Shown here in pieces: positions 27,679 to 37,486 of a stretch of 64,000 nt of DNA. The position numbers were made by a program, and so were the translations under genes. Below the pieces are notes generated by a model. It was not told the DNA's origin and did no database searches. It was given only the letters and a program-made list of their open reading frames with translations. Each line of letters starts with the position of its first letter. Within the stretch, counting starts at the first letter, position 1. The stretch is from Sphingobacteriaceae bacterium. Lineage in GTDB: Bacteria; Bacteroidota; Bacteroidia; Sphingobacteriales; Sphingobacteriaceae. The stretch spans positions 73,600-137,599 of the forward strand of contig JAHEGO010000001.1 of NCBI GenBank assembly GCA_024645045.1. The letters run 5' to 3'.

Positions 27679-27687
27679 CTCCTCTTT

Positions 27688-27981
27688 TTAGTTTCTCAAC
27701 CTTTCTGGAAGTACTGCATTCGGATCGTCTGCATCTGTGATATTTACTGCTTCAACAGAATTGATTTCAGGGATCGAACGCTTAAGTGCTTGTTCAACTC
27801 CTGCTTTCAAAGTCATGATGCTCATTGGACAAGAACCGCAAGCACCCAAAAGCTTTAATTTTACAACCATATCTTCCGTTACTTCTTGCAAAGCGACATT
27901 GCCGCCATCTGCTTCTAAGTAAGGTCTTATTTGATCTAATGCATTTTCAATGCGTTCTATTAATTCTGGGCTTGTATTCAT
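27688..27981 (-). CDS. NifU-like (Nfu-type) Fe-S cluster carrier domain protein
   Basis: 97 aa with the motifs ADGGNVAL and GACGSCPMS (CxxC). Confidence 0.85.
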   Translation of the reverse strand: MNTSPELIERIENALDQIRPYLEADGGNVALQEVTEDMVVKLKLLGACGSCPMSIMTLKAGVEQALKRSIPEINSVEAVNITDADDPNAVLPERLRN

Positions 27982-28007
27982 TTTTATTTGATAAGGATAA
28001 TTATATG

Positions 28008-28015
28008 CAAAGATA
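28008..28015 (-). promoter_or_regulatory. candidate -7 promoter box (TATCTTTG on the minus strand) for the NifU-like gene
   Basis: The plus strand reads CAAAGATA in the 51-bp gap between the mrp stop and the nifU-like ATG at 27981. Confidence 0.45.
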
Positions 28016-28032
28016 CACTATTTATAATAATT

Positions 28033-29112
28033 CTAATTTAGATTATTTGCATGCATGCCAGCATTGATTAAAGCAACTTGTTGCGCTACTTTTGAAGCGA
28101 TTTGAGCCATTGCCAATGCAGTCGGGTGTGCTTCGTTTAACGAAATAGGTTCTCCCATATCGCCAGATTCGCCAACTGATTGTACCAATGGAATCTCTCC
28201 TAAAAATGGCACTTCAAATTGTTCTGCTAATTTTTTGCCACCATCTTTGCCAAAAATAAAGTATTGCTGATCGGGCATTTCTGCTGGGCTGAAATATGAC
28301 ATGTTTTCAATTACACCTAAAACTGGAATTTTAATGCCATCCATTCTAAACATTGCCATTCCTTTTCTAGCATCTGCTACTGCTACATTTTGAGGAGTGG
28401 TTACAATCACAGCACCTGTAATTGGGAATTGTTGCCCCAGTGTAATATGAACGTCGCCAGTTCCTGGAGGCGTATCAACAATTAGGTAATCCAGATCTCC
28501 CCAGTTCGCATCAGTAAATAATTGTTTCAAAGCAGTAGTTACCATCGGGCCTCTCCAAGGAATAGCTTGGTTTGGATCAACAAAAAATCCGATTGATAAT
28601 AATTTAATACCATACTTTTCTAATGGCATTAAACTTACTTTTTCTCCATTTTTTTCTGCGCCTGGTCTTGCGCCTTCTAATTTAAACATCATTGGAATTG
28701 ATGGTCCATAAATATCTGCATCAATTAAACCAACTTTTGCACCTTGTTTACTTAAGCTAATGGCTAAGTTAACAGCAACAGTTGATTTGCCAACTCCACC
28801 TTTTCCAGAAGCAACTAAAACAATATTTTTAATATTCGGAAAACTTGGATCTAAAGCGGTGCTTGTAACCCTACTGGTCATGTTCGCTTTTACAACTATA
28901 TTTTTATCTACAAAATGATGTATCGCATTGATACATGCATTTTCAATCATGGCTTTTAACGGACATGCTGGAGTAGTTAAAATTACAGAGAATTTAACTT
29001 CATTTCCATTAATTTCTATGTCTTCAATCATGTTAAGCGTAACCAAATCTTTTTTCAAATCGGGTTCTTCAACATTACTTAGTGCACTTAATATTTGTTC
29101 TTTGGTATACAT
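28033..29112 (-). CDS. Mrp/ApbC/NBP35 family Fe-S cluster carrier ATPase
   Basis: 359 aa with an N-terminal DUF59-like part (TTPACPLK), deviant Walker A SGKGGVGKSTVAVNLA, and the SYF motif. Confidence 0.9.
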   Translation of the reverse strand: MYTKEQILSALSNVEEPDLKKDLVTLNMIEDIEINGNEVKFSVILTTPACPLKAMIENACINAIHHFVDKNIVVKANMTSRVTSTALDPSFPNIKNIVLVASGKGGVGKSTVAVNLAISLSKQGAKVGLIDADIYGPSIPMMFKLEGARPGAEKNGEKVSLMPLEKYGIKLLSIGFFVDPNQAIPWRGPMVTTALKQLFTDANWGDLDYLIVDTPPGTGDVHITLGQQFPITGAVIVTTPQNVAVADARKGMAMFRMDGIKIPVLGVIENMSYFSPAEMPDQQYFIFGKDGGKKLAEQFEVPFLGEIPLVQSVGESGDMGEPISLNEAHPTALAMAQIASKVAQQVALINAGMHANNLN

Positions 29113-29168
29113 TTTATTCGTTTAATTTTTTGAACCGTAAAGTAGATGGATATTTTTATTGTTTATAA

Positions 29169-29549
29169 TTATAATTTAAGATGAATATGGCTGCTTTTGC
29201 TGCTTGTATTCCCCGCATCGTCTTCTGCTAAAATGTCAAAATTGACAAATGTGTAACTGCTGTCATTCATAATAATGAATGTATCAATAACAGCTGTCTT
29301 GCTATTTGGTTTTGAGCTAAAATTCAGCAAATCTTTCCCTGTTGCTAAATATAATCGAAGGCTAGTAGCTTTTATTTGATTATTATCTGAAAAAGATATT
29401 TGAAAAAACGCAGTATCGTTCCAGTTGTATACTTGGTGGTTAAACGGGCTAATCTTAGTAATGACTACTGATGGGTCGCTTGGGTTTTCCTCTTTGCAAC
29501 TATTTAGCAACACGCCTAATCCTAACACTATAAAAGCTAAATATTTCAT
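29169..29549 (-). CDS. hypothetical lipoprotein
   Basis: 126 aa with lipoprotein signal LGVLLNSC and a beta-rich sequence. No motif recognised. Confidence 0.5.
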   Translation of the reverse strand: MKYLAFIVLGLGVLLNSCKEENPSDPSVVITKISPFNHQVYNWNDTAFFQISFSDNNQIKATSLRLYLATGKDLLNFSSKPNSKTAVIDTFIIMNDSSYTFVNFDILAEDDAGNTSSKSSHIHLKL

Positions 29550-29566
29550 CTTTGATATTTGACAAA

Positions 29567-29574
29567 CAAAATTA
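29567..29574 (-). promoter_or_regulatory. candidate -7 promoter box (TAATTTTG on the minus strand) for the lipoprotein gene
   Basis: The plus strand reads CAAAATTA, 18 nt from the ATG at 29549. Confidence 0.45.
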
Positions 29575-29615
29575 CCATATTTCCATTTATTATTTATTAT
29601 TTTCAGCCTTTAATC

Positions 29616-31553
29616 ATGAAAAAAATAAAAATCACACTTTTTATAATCTTTGCATTGCTCTTGCTTGGAATTGGATTAGCAATTGGACTAAGAGAACGTA
29701 TCATGCATGGGGTTATAGAAAGGGTAATTGCTAATCAAAAAGAGCGCAATAAAATTACAATTGCAATCAAACAAGCTAGTTTTGAAGGGCTCAGCACTGT
29801 TGTAATGAATGAGATCAGTATTGTGCCTGATTCTTTAGACACCCTTTTATCGGTTTCGCATTTTAAGGTAAAAGTAAATTTATTGCCAATGTTAATTGGT
29901 AGAATTAAACTTTCAGAGTTAGTGGTAAGCGGTGCAAATTTGCAATTGATTAATCAGTCAGGTAAAAGGAATTTTGAGTTTTTATTGAAAAACAAAAAGA
30001 AAGACACGCTCAATAATGTAAATCAAAAAATAGATTTAGCACATTTAGCTGATAACTTAATTAATGATTTATTATATAAAGTTCCTGCTAGGTTAGATAT
30101 ACAAGATTGTAGTTTAAAACTAGTTGACAATAAACATCAATTTCAGGTTGCAGCAAAAGCAATTCAAATATTAAACAACCGTTTTTATTCAACTTTTATT
30201 TTAAACAAAAATGAATCTATTTGGCATGCAGAAGGCTATGTTAATCCGGATGAAAAAAAGTTGAACATGCAATTCTATGCAGAAAATAAAAAAGTAGAAT
30301 TGCCTTATTTAGAAGAAAAGTTTGGCTTAAAATTAAATTTTGATACAATTGCTACCCGAATGGATGCCATCGACTATAAGTCTGGCAAATTAAGTATTTC
30401 AGGGAATTGGCACATTCATAATTTATTGATAAAACATCCAAAGCTTGCGCAAAAAGAAGTAGTTATTTCTTCAGCAGCTATAGATTGTAAAATGCTTATT
30501 GGAGAGAATTTTATTGCCATAGATAGCAGCTCGGTCGCTTCTTTAGGCGAGATTAAAATTCATCCATTTGTAAAATACACCATTGCGCCACAAAAAATTT
30601 ATGAATTAAAAATCAACACAGAAAAAACTGTCGCACAGAAATTTTTAAACTCATTTCCACAAGGCTTATTTGAGTCTTTAGAAGGTATAAAAGTGGCAGG
30701 AAATCTAGCATATCATTTAAACTTTTATTTAGATAGCAAGGATCCATGGCATTGTAAATTTGATTCGAAACTAAGCCGTGATAACTTTAAGATTTTACAA
30801 TACGGAAATGTTAATTTTCAGAAAATAAACAGCAGTTTTATTTATACTGCATTTGAAGGCGGAAACGCTGTAAAGTCTATGATTGTTGGACCGGAGAGCT
30901 TTGGATTTACGCCTTATGCGCAAATTTCAGATTATATAAAGAATGCTTTATTGACCTCTGAAGACCCATTGTTCTTCTCGCATCGCGGCTTTTATGAAGA
31001 AGCATTTAGGCAATCAATTGCAACTAATTTTGTAGCAGGTCGCTTCAAACGTGGTGGCAGCACTATTTCTATGCAATTGGTCAAAAATATATTTTTAAAT
31101 AGGAACAAGACAGTTGCGCGAAAGTTAGAGGAAGTGTTAATTGTTTGGATGATAGAAAATGGCAGGTTGGTAGACAAACAAAGGATGTTTGAAGTGTACT
31201 TAAATATCATCGAGTGGGGACCAAATGTATACGGCATCACAGAAGCATCTAGGTTTTATTTCGATAAGTTCCCCAGCGAATTAAATTTAGGAGAAAGCAT
31301 TTTCTTAGCAAGTATAGTTCCCAAACCCAAAAGGTTTAAAAATTCTTTCTTAACTAACGCAGAATTAAAACCTTACATGCATAAGTATTTCAAATTAATA
31401 GGTGGATTAATGGTGCGTAGAGGAAAAGTGCCAGCTACAGATACCATTGGAATATTTAATAGTGTTAAAGTAAAAGGGCTGGCAAAAAGCATGATTTTGG
31501 TAGTTGACACGCTTCCTCCTGCAACATTAGAGGAGAATTCCGACATCCTTTAA
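29616..31553 (+). CDS. membrane-anchored protein with a C-terminal GT51 peptidoglycan glycosyltransferase domain and a long uncharacterised N-terminal region
   Basis: GT51 motifs are SEDPLFFSHRGF, RGGSTISMQLVKN and RKLEEVLIVWMIE. No transpeptidase SxxK region follows. The start is set at MKKIKITLF (29616), which gives an N-terminal transmembrane helix. Confidence 0.8.
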   Translation: MKKIKITLFIIFALLLLGIGLAIGLRERIMHGVIERVIANQKERNKITIAIKQASFEGLSTVVMNEISIVPDSLDTLLSVSHFKVKVNLLPMLIGRIKLSELVVSGANLQLINQSGKRNFEFLLKNKKKDTLNNVNQKIDLAHLADNLINDLLYKVPARLDIQDCSLKLVDNKHQFQVAAKAIQILNNRFYSTFILNKNESIWHAEGYVNPDEKKLNMQFYAENKKVELPYLEEKFGLKLNFDTIATRMDAIDYKSGKLSISGNWHIHNLLIKHPKLAQKEVVISSAAIDCKMLIGENFIAIDSSSVASLGEIKIHPFVKYTIAPQKIYELKINTEKTVAQKFLNSFPQGLFESLEGIKVAGNLAYHLNFYLDSKDPWHCKFDSKLSRDNFKILQYGNVNFQKINSSFIYTAFEGGNAVKSMIVGPESFGFTPYAQISDYIKNALLTSEDPLFFSHRGFYEEAFRQSIATNFVAGRFKRGGSTISMQLVKNIFLNRNKTVARKLEEVLIVWMIENGRLVDKQRMFEVYLNIIEWGPNVYGITEASRFYFDKFPSELNLGESIFLASIVPKPKRFKNSFLTNAELKPYMHKYFKLIGGLMVRRGKVPATDTIGIFNSVKVKGLAKSMILVVDTLPPATLEENSDIL

Positions 31554-31592
31554 CAGTATATTCACTTTCTTTCATAACATAGACCGACGTCA

Positions 31593-31758
31593 ATAACATT
31601 AAATTAACAATTACTTAATTTGTTATCTATATCATTATCAGCGAATTAGCTTATTGTAGCTTCTTTCTTAACAATAACTTAACATTAGAAAAATAAAAGG
31701 GTAACATTAGCTTTACATATTTGCCAACAGTTAACAATTAAATCACATAGACTTAACG
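31593..31758 (+). promoter_or_regulatory. array of TTAACA-like hexamers with 11-bp phasing (Pho-box-like operator) upstream of the porin-pst operon
   Basis: Hexamer starts are ATAACA 31593 and TTAACA 31604; TTAACA 31668 and 31679; GTAACA 31701 and TTTACA 31712; TTAACA 31731, ATCACA 31742 and TTAACG 31753. Spacing is 11 bp within pairs and 22 bp from 31679 to 31701. A near -7 box, CATATTTG, sits at 31716-31723. Confidence 0.55.
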
Positions 31759-31764
31759 GTAATT

Positions 31765-33102
31765 ATGAAAAAGCTTAACATTAAAATCCTTTTAATTTTA
31801 ATAACCCTAGCTACTTTTGGGGCAAACGCACAAGAGGTGACACTTAACGACAGTACTTTCAATGATTTGACTGGAAGAGTTACTAAAGCAGAAGGGGATT
31901 TGACTTTATTGAAGAAAATTAAAATTAATGGTTGGATACAAGCGCAATACCAACACATTGATACTTTAGGCGCTGCGAGTGTTGCAGGTGGAAATTTTCA
32001 ACCGTTTTCTGATAGTCGCATGATCTTGCGTCGTGGCAGGATCAAGTTTACATATGAGCAAGCATATGCGCAATATGTATTACAATTAGACGTAGTTGAT
32101 CCAACTTTAACACCAGGAACCTCAGTAGGAACATCTTCTTCTGCAATTCCATTTGCTGTTAACGTGAGAGATTTCTATATGAAAATCAATGCTCCTTTTT
32201 GGAATCCATTGACATTAACTGTAGGTATGCAAAACCGTCCATTTGGATTTGAGGTGTCTCAATCTTCACAAGTAAGGGAAACACCAGAGCGTTCAAGATT
32301 TGTACAAAGTTTATTACCAAATGAAAGAGATTTAGGTGCGATGGTAACATTGCAAGCGCCTAAAACTTCACCTTTACATGTGTTTAAAATCAACGCAGGT
32401 ATTTTTAATGGTCCTGGTATTGCTCGTGAATTTGATTCTCGAAAAGATTTTATCGGACAAGTTACTTTAAATAGTTCTACTAAAAACGAACGCATTCAAT
32501 ATGGTTTAGGTGTATCTTATTATAACGGAAGTGTATTGCAAACAGATTCAACAGTATACTCTGGTATCGATATGACAAATAGCGCAACCCCAAATTTTAT
32601 TGCAAATAAGAATGGTAGTAACATTGGTGAATATGCTAAAAGAACTTATTATGGAGTAGATGCACAAGTTTCATTTGACCATGGTTTAGGCATTACCACT
32701 TTAAGAGCTGAATATGTTGCAGGAACACAACCTGGTGTTGCGTCTTCTAGCAGAAGTTCTGAATTTGCGCCAGTTGGGAAAGCATATGTTAGAAATTTCA
32801 ATGCGGGTTATTTCTATTTCATTCACAAAATTGCTAACCTTCCTTTTCAATTGGTTTACAAATATGATGTGTACGATCCAAACTCAAAAGTTGCAGGATA
32901 TCAAATTAATTCAGCTGGGAAATTTGGCACAGGCGATATTAAATATACTACCAATGGATTTGGTGTAAACTACCTTGCCAGTGCAAATTTAAAATTCATG
33001 TTTTATTATGATATGATTACCAATGAAACAGTTGGCATTAGCGGGTATAATTACGACAAATCAGATAATGTTTTCACAGCACGTATGCAATTCAGATTTT
33101 AA
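31765..33102 (+). CDS. outer-membrane porin (possibly phosphate-selective), first gene of the pst locus
   Basis: 445 aa with a signal peptide, alternating beta-strand-like pattern and a C-terminal aromatic residue (…RMQFRF). Sits directly upstream of pstS. Confidence 0.55.
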   Translation: MKKLNIKILLILITLATFGANAQEVTLNDSTFNDLTGRVTKAEGDLTLLKKIKINGWIQAQYQHIDTLGAASVAGGNFQPFSDSRMILRRGRIKFTYEQAYAQYVLQLDVVDPTLTPGTSVGTSSSAIPFAVNVRDFYMKINAPFWNPLTLTVGMQNRPFGFEVSQSSQVRETPERSRFVQSLLPNERDLGAMVTLQAPKTSPLHVFKINAGIFNGPGIAREFDSRKDFIGQVTLNSSTKNERIQYGLGVSYYNGSVLQTDSTVYSGIDMTNSATPNFIANKNGSNIGEYAKRTYYGVDAQVSFDHGLGITTLRAEYVAGTQPGVASSSRSSEFAPVGKAYVRNFNAGYFYFIHKIANLPFQLVYKYDVYDPNSKVAGYQINSAGKFGTGDIKYTTNGFGVNYLASANLKFMFYYDMITNETVGISGYNYDKSDNVFTARMQFRF

Positions 33103-33134
33103 TTTCATTCAACAAATAAGAAAATAAAAAGAAT

Positions 33135-33950
33135 ATGAAAAAAATAATTTTAGCTATCGCATTTGTATCTGCAGTTTTTAATGCAGCAACCGCTCAAAAA
33201 ATTAAAGGTAGTGATACCGTATTGCCTTTGGCTCAGAAAGAAGCGGAAGTATACATGAAAAAAAATAAAGCTGCACGTATTACCGTTACTGGCGGTGGTA
33301 GTGGTGTTGGTATTTCATCTTTAATAGATAATACAACAGATGTAGCTATGTCATCTCGTAAAATGAAATTAAGCGAGAAGATGAAAGTAAATGATGGCGG
33401 AGTTTCTTCTGCTGAAGTAGTTATTGCTTATGACGCACTTGCAGTAATTGTAAATCCTGCAAATAAAGTAAGTCAATTAACACGTGAACAATTAGAAGGA
33501 ATTTACACCGGAAAAATTAAAAATTGGAATCAAGTTGGCGGCGAAAATACACCAATTGTGGTTTACGGTAGAGAAAGTAGTTCTGGTACTTTTGATTTCT
33601 TCAAAGAGCACGTATTGAATAATAAAAATTATGCTGCAAGTGTAATGAGTATGCCTGCTACAGGTGCAATTGTTCAATCAGTAAGCCAAACAAAAGGCGC
33701 TATTGGTTACGTAGGTTTAGCATATGTAGAAAATAATGTAAAAGCATTAAGCGTATCATTTAATAAGGGCAAAAATTTTGTGGCACCAAGTATTGCAACC
33801 GCAAAAAACAAAACTTACCCTATTGTACGCCCATTGTACTTTTATTATTTAACCAGTGCAAGTAAAATGGTGAAACCATTTGTAGATTTTATTTTGTCTT
33901 CAGAAGGTCAAACAATTGTTGCTAAAGAGGGTTTTGTATCATTGAACTAA
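33135..33950 (+). CDS. pstS: phosphate ABC transporter substrate-binding protein PstS
   Basis: 271 aa with a signal peptide and PBP-like motifs GSDTV and TGGGSGVG. Followed by pstCAB. Confidence 0.9.
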   Translation: MKKIILAIAFVSAVFNAATAQKIKGSDTVLPLAQKEAEVYMKKNKAARITVTGGGSGVGISSLIDNTTDVAMSSRKMKLSEKMKVNDGGVSSAEVVIAYDALAVIVNPANKVSQLTREQLEGIYTGKIKNWNQVGGENTPIVVYGRESSSGTFDFFKEHVLNNKNYAASVMSMPATGAIVQSVSQTKGAIGYVGLAYVENNVKALSVSFNKGKNFVAPSIATAKNKTYPIVRPLYFYYLTSASKMVKPFVDFILSSEGQTIVAKEGFVSLN

Positions 33951-33966
33951 ACAATAAATTATTTCG

Positions 33967-35175
33967 TTGAAAAAGCTACTCGAAAAATTAACCGAGGGAA
34001 TATTAATGCTGAGCGGAACAGTAACCACGGTTACTGTTCTGCTCATCGTTTTTTTTCTATTTAAGGAAGGTGCAGGTTTGTTTGGGAAAAGCCCAACCGA
34101 AGATGGCTTTACTGTTGCCGTTAATCATAACAATCCAATAGACAAGCTAAGCCCCGAACAAATTAAAAATGTTTTTGATCAAAACATCGTTAATTGGAAA
34201 GAGCTTGGTGGAAATGACGATAGCATTATCCTATTCAGAATGGATGATTTGCTTTCTTATTATTCAGAGGATGAGCTTGGAGGTATTGATACAAACATGA
34301 GTCTATTGGCTCAAAAAATCGACCAAGTAATTGAAAATAATAAAGGAGTTATCGCATTTATATCTGCAAACGAAATACCAAAAGAACACCATTCAAAATT
34401 AGTTAGAATTGAATCGATTGGATTAGGCAGTTTTTTTGGTGGTGAAGTTTGGTTTCCAACATCAACACCTGTAGCACAATTTGGTATATATCCATTATTA
34501 ATGGGAACACTTTGGGTAAGTTTTATTGCGATATTAATTGCCTTGCCATTTGGTTTAGCAGCAGCAATTTATATGGCAGAAATTGCCGATTCAAAAGTGA
34601 GGGGAATCTTAAAGCCCATCATAGAATTGTTAGCAGGTATACCTTCTGTTGTGTATGGATTTTTTGGATTAATTGTTTTAGTTCCATTGGTTCAACAATT
34701 ATTTAATTTGCCTGTAGGCGAAACCGGATTAACTGGGAGCATCGTGTTGGCAATTATGGCATTGCCAACAATAATTACTGTTGCCGAAGATGCAATAACT
34801 CGTACGCCGAGAAGTGTAAGAGAAGCAAGTTTAGCTTTAGGAGCTTCTCAATGGCAAACAATTTATAGAATTGTTATCCCTGCTGCTTCATCTGGAATTA
34901 CAGCTGCTGTAATTTTAGGAATTGGAAGAGCTATAGGAGAAACAATGGCGGTGCTAATGGTTACGGGTAATGCTGCAGTTGTGCCGCATAGCATGTTAGA
35001 ACCAATGCGAACAATTCCTGCAACTATAGCTGCAGAATTAGGAGAAGCAGCAAAAGGTTCGTTACATTACGATGCATTGTTCGCCTTGGGTTGTGTGTTA
35101 TTTATCATAACTATGCTAGTGAATATTACAGTAGAAATGATTTCTAAAAAAGGAACAAAAAATAAATTGCGTTAA
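33967..35175 (+). CDS. pstC: phosphate ABC transporter permease PstC with a roughly 115-aa periplasmic insert
   Basis: 402 aa with the permease core (EAA-like AEDAITRTPRSVREASLALGA). The extra segment after TM1 resembles part of PstS. The start is TTG at 33967. Confidence 0.85.
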   Translation: MKKLLEKLTEGILMLSGTVTTVTVLLIVFFLFKEGAGLFGKSPTEDGFTVAVNHNNPIDKLSPEQIKNVFDQNIVNWKELGGNDDSIILFRMDDLLSYYSEDELGGIDTNMSLLAQKIDQVIENNKGVIAFISANEIPKEHHSKLVRIESIGLGSFFGGEVWFPTSTPVAQFGIYPLLMGTLWVSFIAILIALPFGLAAAIYMAEIADSKVRGILKPIIELLAGIPSVVYGFFGLIVLVPLVQQLFNLPVGETGLTGSIVLAIMALPTIITVAEDAITRTPRSVREASLALGASQWQTIYRIVIPAASSGITAAVILGIGRAIGETMAVLMVTGNAAVVPHSMLEPMRTIPATIAAELGEAAKGSLHYDALFALGCVLFIITMLVNITVEMISKKGTKNKLR

Positions 35176-35176
35176 G

Positions 35177-36040
35177 ATGAAAGGAAGAACGAAGAAAAGA
35201 GTAGCAGAACTCATCGCCTTTAATTTGTTTCGCATCATGAGTGCAAGCATTGTGTTGGTATTATTTTCCATTTTGGCTTTTATCGTCGTGCGTGGTATTG
35301 GTGTAATAAGTTGGGATTTCATTTCAAAAATGCCAGAAGAAGGAATGACCAAAGGCGGCATTTGGCCTGCTATAGTTGGCACGATGTGTTTGGTAGCAGG
35401 AAGTATGTTATTCGCATTTCCAGTAGGTGTTTTATCTGGGATATATATTAATGAATTTGTAAAAGATAACTGGTTTAAAAGATTTGTAAAGCTGATGACA
35501 AATAATTTAGCTGGCGTTCCATCAATTGTTTTCGGATTGTTTGGAATGAGTTTATTTGTTAACACTTTGGGTTTTGGTGACAGTATCATTGCAGGCTCTC
35601 TAACTTTAGGTTTATTAGCATTGCCTGTAATTATTAGAACTACGGAAGAATCTTTAAAGAGTATAGACAAATACCACAGAGAAGGAAGTTATGCTTTAGG
35701 AGCAACAAAAATTCAAACTATTAGAAGAGTCGTATTGCCATTGGCGATGCCAAATATCATTACAGGTTTTATTCTTTCTATTGGAAGGGTGTCTGGAGAA
35801 ACTGCACCTATTTTATTTACTGTTGCAGCATATTTTCTTCCGAAACTACCATCAAGCATGTTCGATCAAGTAATGGCGCTGCCTTATCACTTATATGTGC
35901 TTTCAACCAGTGGAACAGATATGGAAGCAAGCAGAAATATGGCTTACGGAACAGCGCTTGTATTGATATTAATTGTGTTGATATTGAATTTACTTGCCAA
36001 TTTTACTAGGAGATTTTTAAATAAAAAAATTAAACAATAA
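35177..36040 (+). CDS. pstA: phosphate ABC transporter permease PstA
   Basis: 287 aa with six transmembrane helices and the EAA-like loop TEESLKSIDKYHREGSYALGA. Confidence 0.9.
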   Translation: MKGRTKKRVAELIAFNLFRIMSASIVLVLFSILAFIVVRGIGVISWDFISKMPEEGMTKGGIWPAIVGTMCLVAGSMLFAFPVGVLSGIYINEFVKDNWFKRFVKLMTNNLAGVPSIVFGLFGMSLFVNTLGFGDSIIAGSLTLGLLALPVIIRTTEESLKSIDKYHREGSYALGATKIQTIRRVVLPLAMPNIITGFILSIGRVSGETAPILFTVAAYFLPKLPSSMFDQVMALPYHLYVLSTSGTDMEASRNMAYGTALVLILIVLILNLLANFTRRFLNKKIKQ

Positions 36041-36043
36041 ATT

Positions 36044-36790
36044 ATGATAGAAGCTAAAAACCTGAACTTATATTATGGTTCATTTCAAGCTTTAAAAGAC
36101 ATAAGCATGAAGGTGCCTGAGAAATCGGTCACCGCCTTAATTGGTCCTTCTGGTTGTGGAAAGTCAACCTTCTTGCGCACATTTAATCGCATGAACGACT
36201 TAATTGCTGGTGTAAAAATTGAAGGCGATATAATTGTTGATGACATGAATATCTATGCCAAAGGAGTGGATGTAGATAGTTTGCGCAAGAGAATTGGAAT
36301 GGTATTTCAAAAACCAAATCCATTTGCAAAAAGCATTTATGAAAACGTTGCATATGGAATGCGCGTTAATGGTGTGAATGACGAAAAACTCATTAAGCAA
36401 ACGGTAGAAGAAAGTTTAAAGCAAGCTGCATTGTGGGATGAAGTGAAAGATAATTTGAAAAAGTCTGCATATGCATTATCTGGAGGGCAGCAGCAACGTT
36501 TGTGTATTGCTCGCGCACTTGCGGTGGAACCTACTATTTTATTAATGGACGAACCAGCATCGGCATTAGATCCAATTTCAACTTCTAAAATTGAAGAGTT
36601 AATTCATGAACTGAAAAAGAATTATACGATTTTAATTGTAACACATAACATGCAGCAAGCTGCAAGGGTGAGCGATCACACTGCATTCTTCTACATGGGA
36701 TCTTTGATAGAGTTTAACGAAACAAAAACTATATTTACAAATCCAGAAAACCAACAGACACAAAATTATGTAACTGGAAGGTTTGGTTGA
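36044..36790 (+). CDS. pstB: phosphate ABC transporter ATP-binding protein PstB
   Basis: Walker [10 protein letters not shown], signature LSGGQQQR and Walker B LLMDEP. Confidence 0.95.
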   Translation: MIEAKNLNLYYGSFQALKDISMKVPEKSVTALIGPSGCGKSTFLRTFNRMNDLIAGVKIEGDIIVDDMNIYAKGVDVDSLRKRIGMVFQKPNPFAKSIYENVAYGMRVNGVNDEKLIKQTVEESLKQAALWDEVKDNLKKSAYALSGGQQQRLCIARALAVEPTILLMDEPASALDPISTSKIEELIHELKKNYTILIVTHNMQQAARVSDHTAFFYMGSLIEFNETKTIFTNPENQQTQNYVTGRFG

Positions 36791-36811
36791 TTTTTTTAAA
36801 TTTAAGATACG

Positions 36812-37474
36812 ATGACACATTTCGAAGAAGAATTAAAACACCTCAAACAAGAGGTAAATATTATGTTTGCATTGGTTCGCACGCAAATTGCTAAAGCGAA
36901 GGATGCATTGGTGCGCTTAGACAAAGATTTAGCCAGAGAAATTATTCAAACTGAAAAGAGAGTCAATGCGCAGGAATTAAATATTGACCGCGACTGCGAA
37001 AATTATTTTGCTTTATATAATCCAGTTGCTGTTGATTTGCGTTACCTTTTAGCCATATTAAAAATAAACAACAACCTCGAAAGAACTGGTGATATAGCAG
37101 AAGGCATTGCAAAATTTTTAATTCAAACACAACAATCTTTTGATCAAGAACTGCTAACTTCTTCGCAATTACTTAAAATGTTTGATGAGTGTGTAAGTAT
37201 GATGTATGAAATTGAAGATGCATTTGAAAACGAAGACACCATTAAAGCGAGAAGTATTTTTAAGCAAGATGAGGTGTTAGATAGAATTAATTTGGAAGCG
37301 AATAAAAATATTGAAGCATATATTCGTTTACATCCAGATAATATTGAACAAGCATTATATGTTCTTTCTACCATTCGTAAGCTAGAAAGAGTTGGTGACC
37401 AAGCAAAAAATATTGCAGAAGAAGTTATTTTTTATTTAGAAGCTAAGGTGTTAAAGCATACGAAAAAAGTATAA
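36812..37474 (+). CDS. phoU: phosphate signalling complex protein PhoU
   Basis: 220-aa helical protein with the duplicated motif ERTGD/ERVGD (NNLERTGDIAE, RKLERVGDQAKNIAE). Confidence 0.9.
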   Translation: MTHFEEELKHLKQEVNIMFALVRTQIAKAKDALVRLDKDLAREIIQTEKRVNAQELNIDRDCENYFALYNPVAVDLRYLLAILKINNNLERTGDIAEGIAKFLIQTQQSFDQELLTSSQLLKMFDECVSMMYEIEDAFENEDTIKARSIFKQDEVLDRINLEANKNIEAYIRLHPDNIEQALYVLSTIRKLERVGDQAKNIAEEVIFYLEAKVLKHTKKV

Positions 37475-37486
37475 TTTGCTAAGACT

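Noticed and set aside
35116-35670. 184-aa minus-strand ORF spanning the pstC/pstA junction
   Set aside because: It lies antisense to two well-supported permease genes. Its translation is low-complexity (K/P/N/I-rich), with no start context or promoter box. This is a typical shadow ORF in AT-rich DNA.
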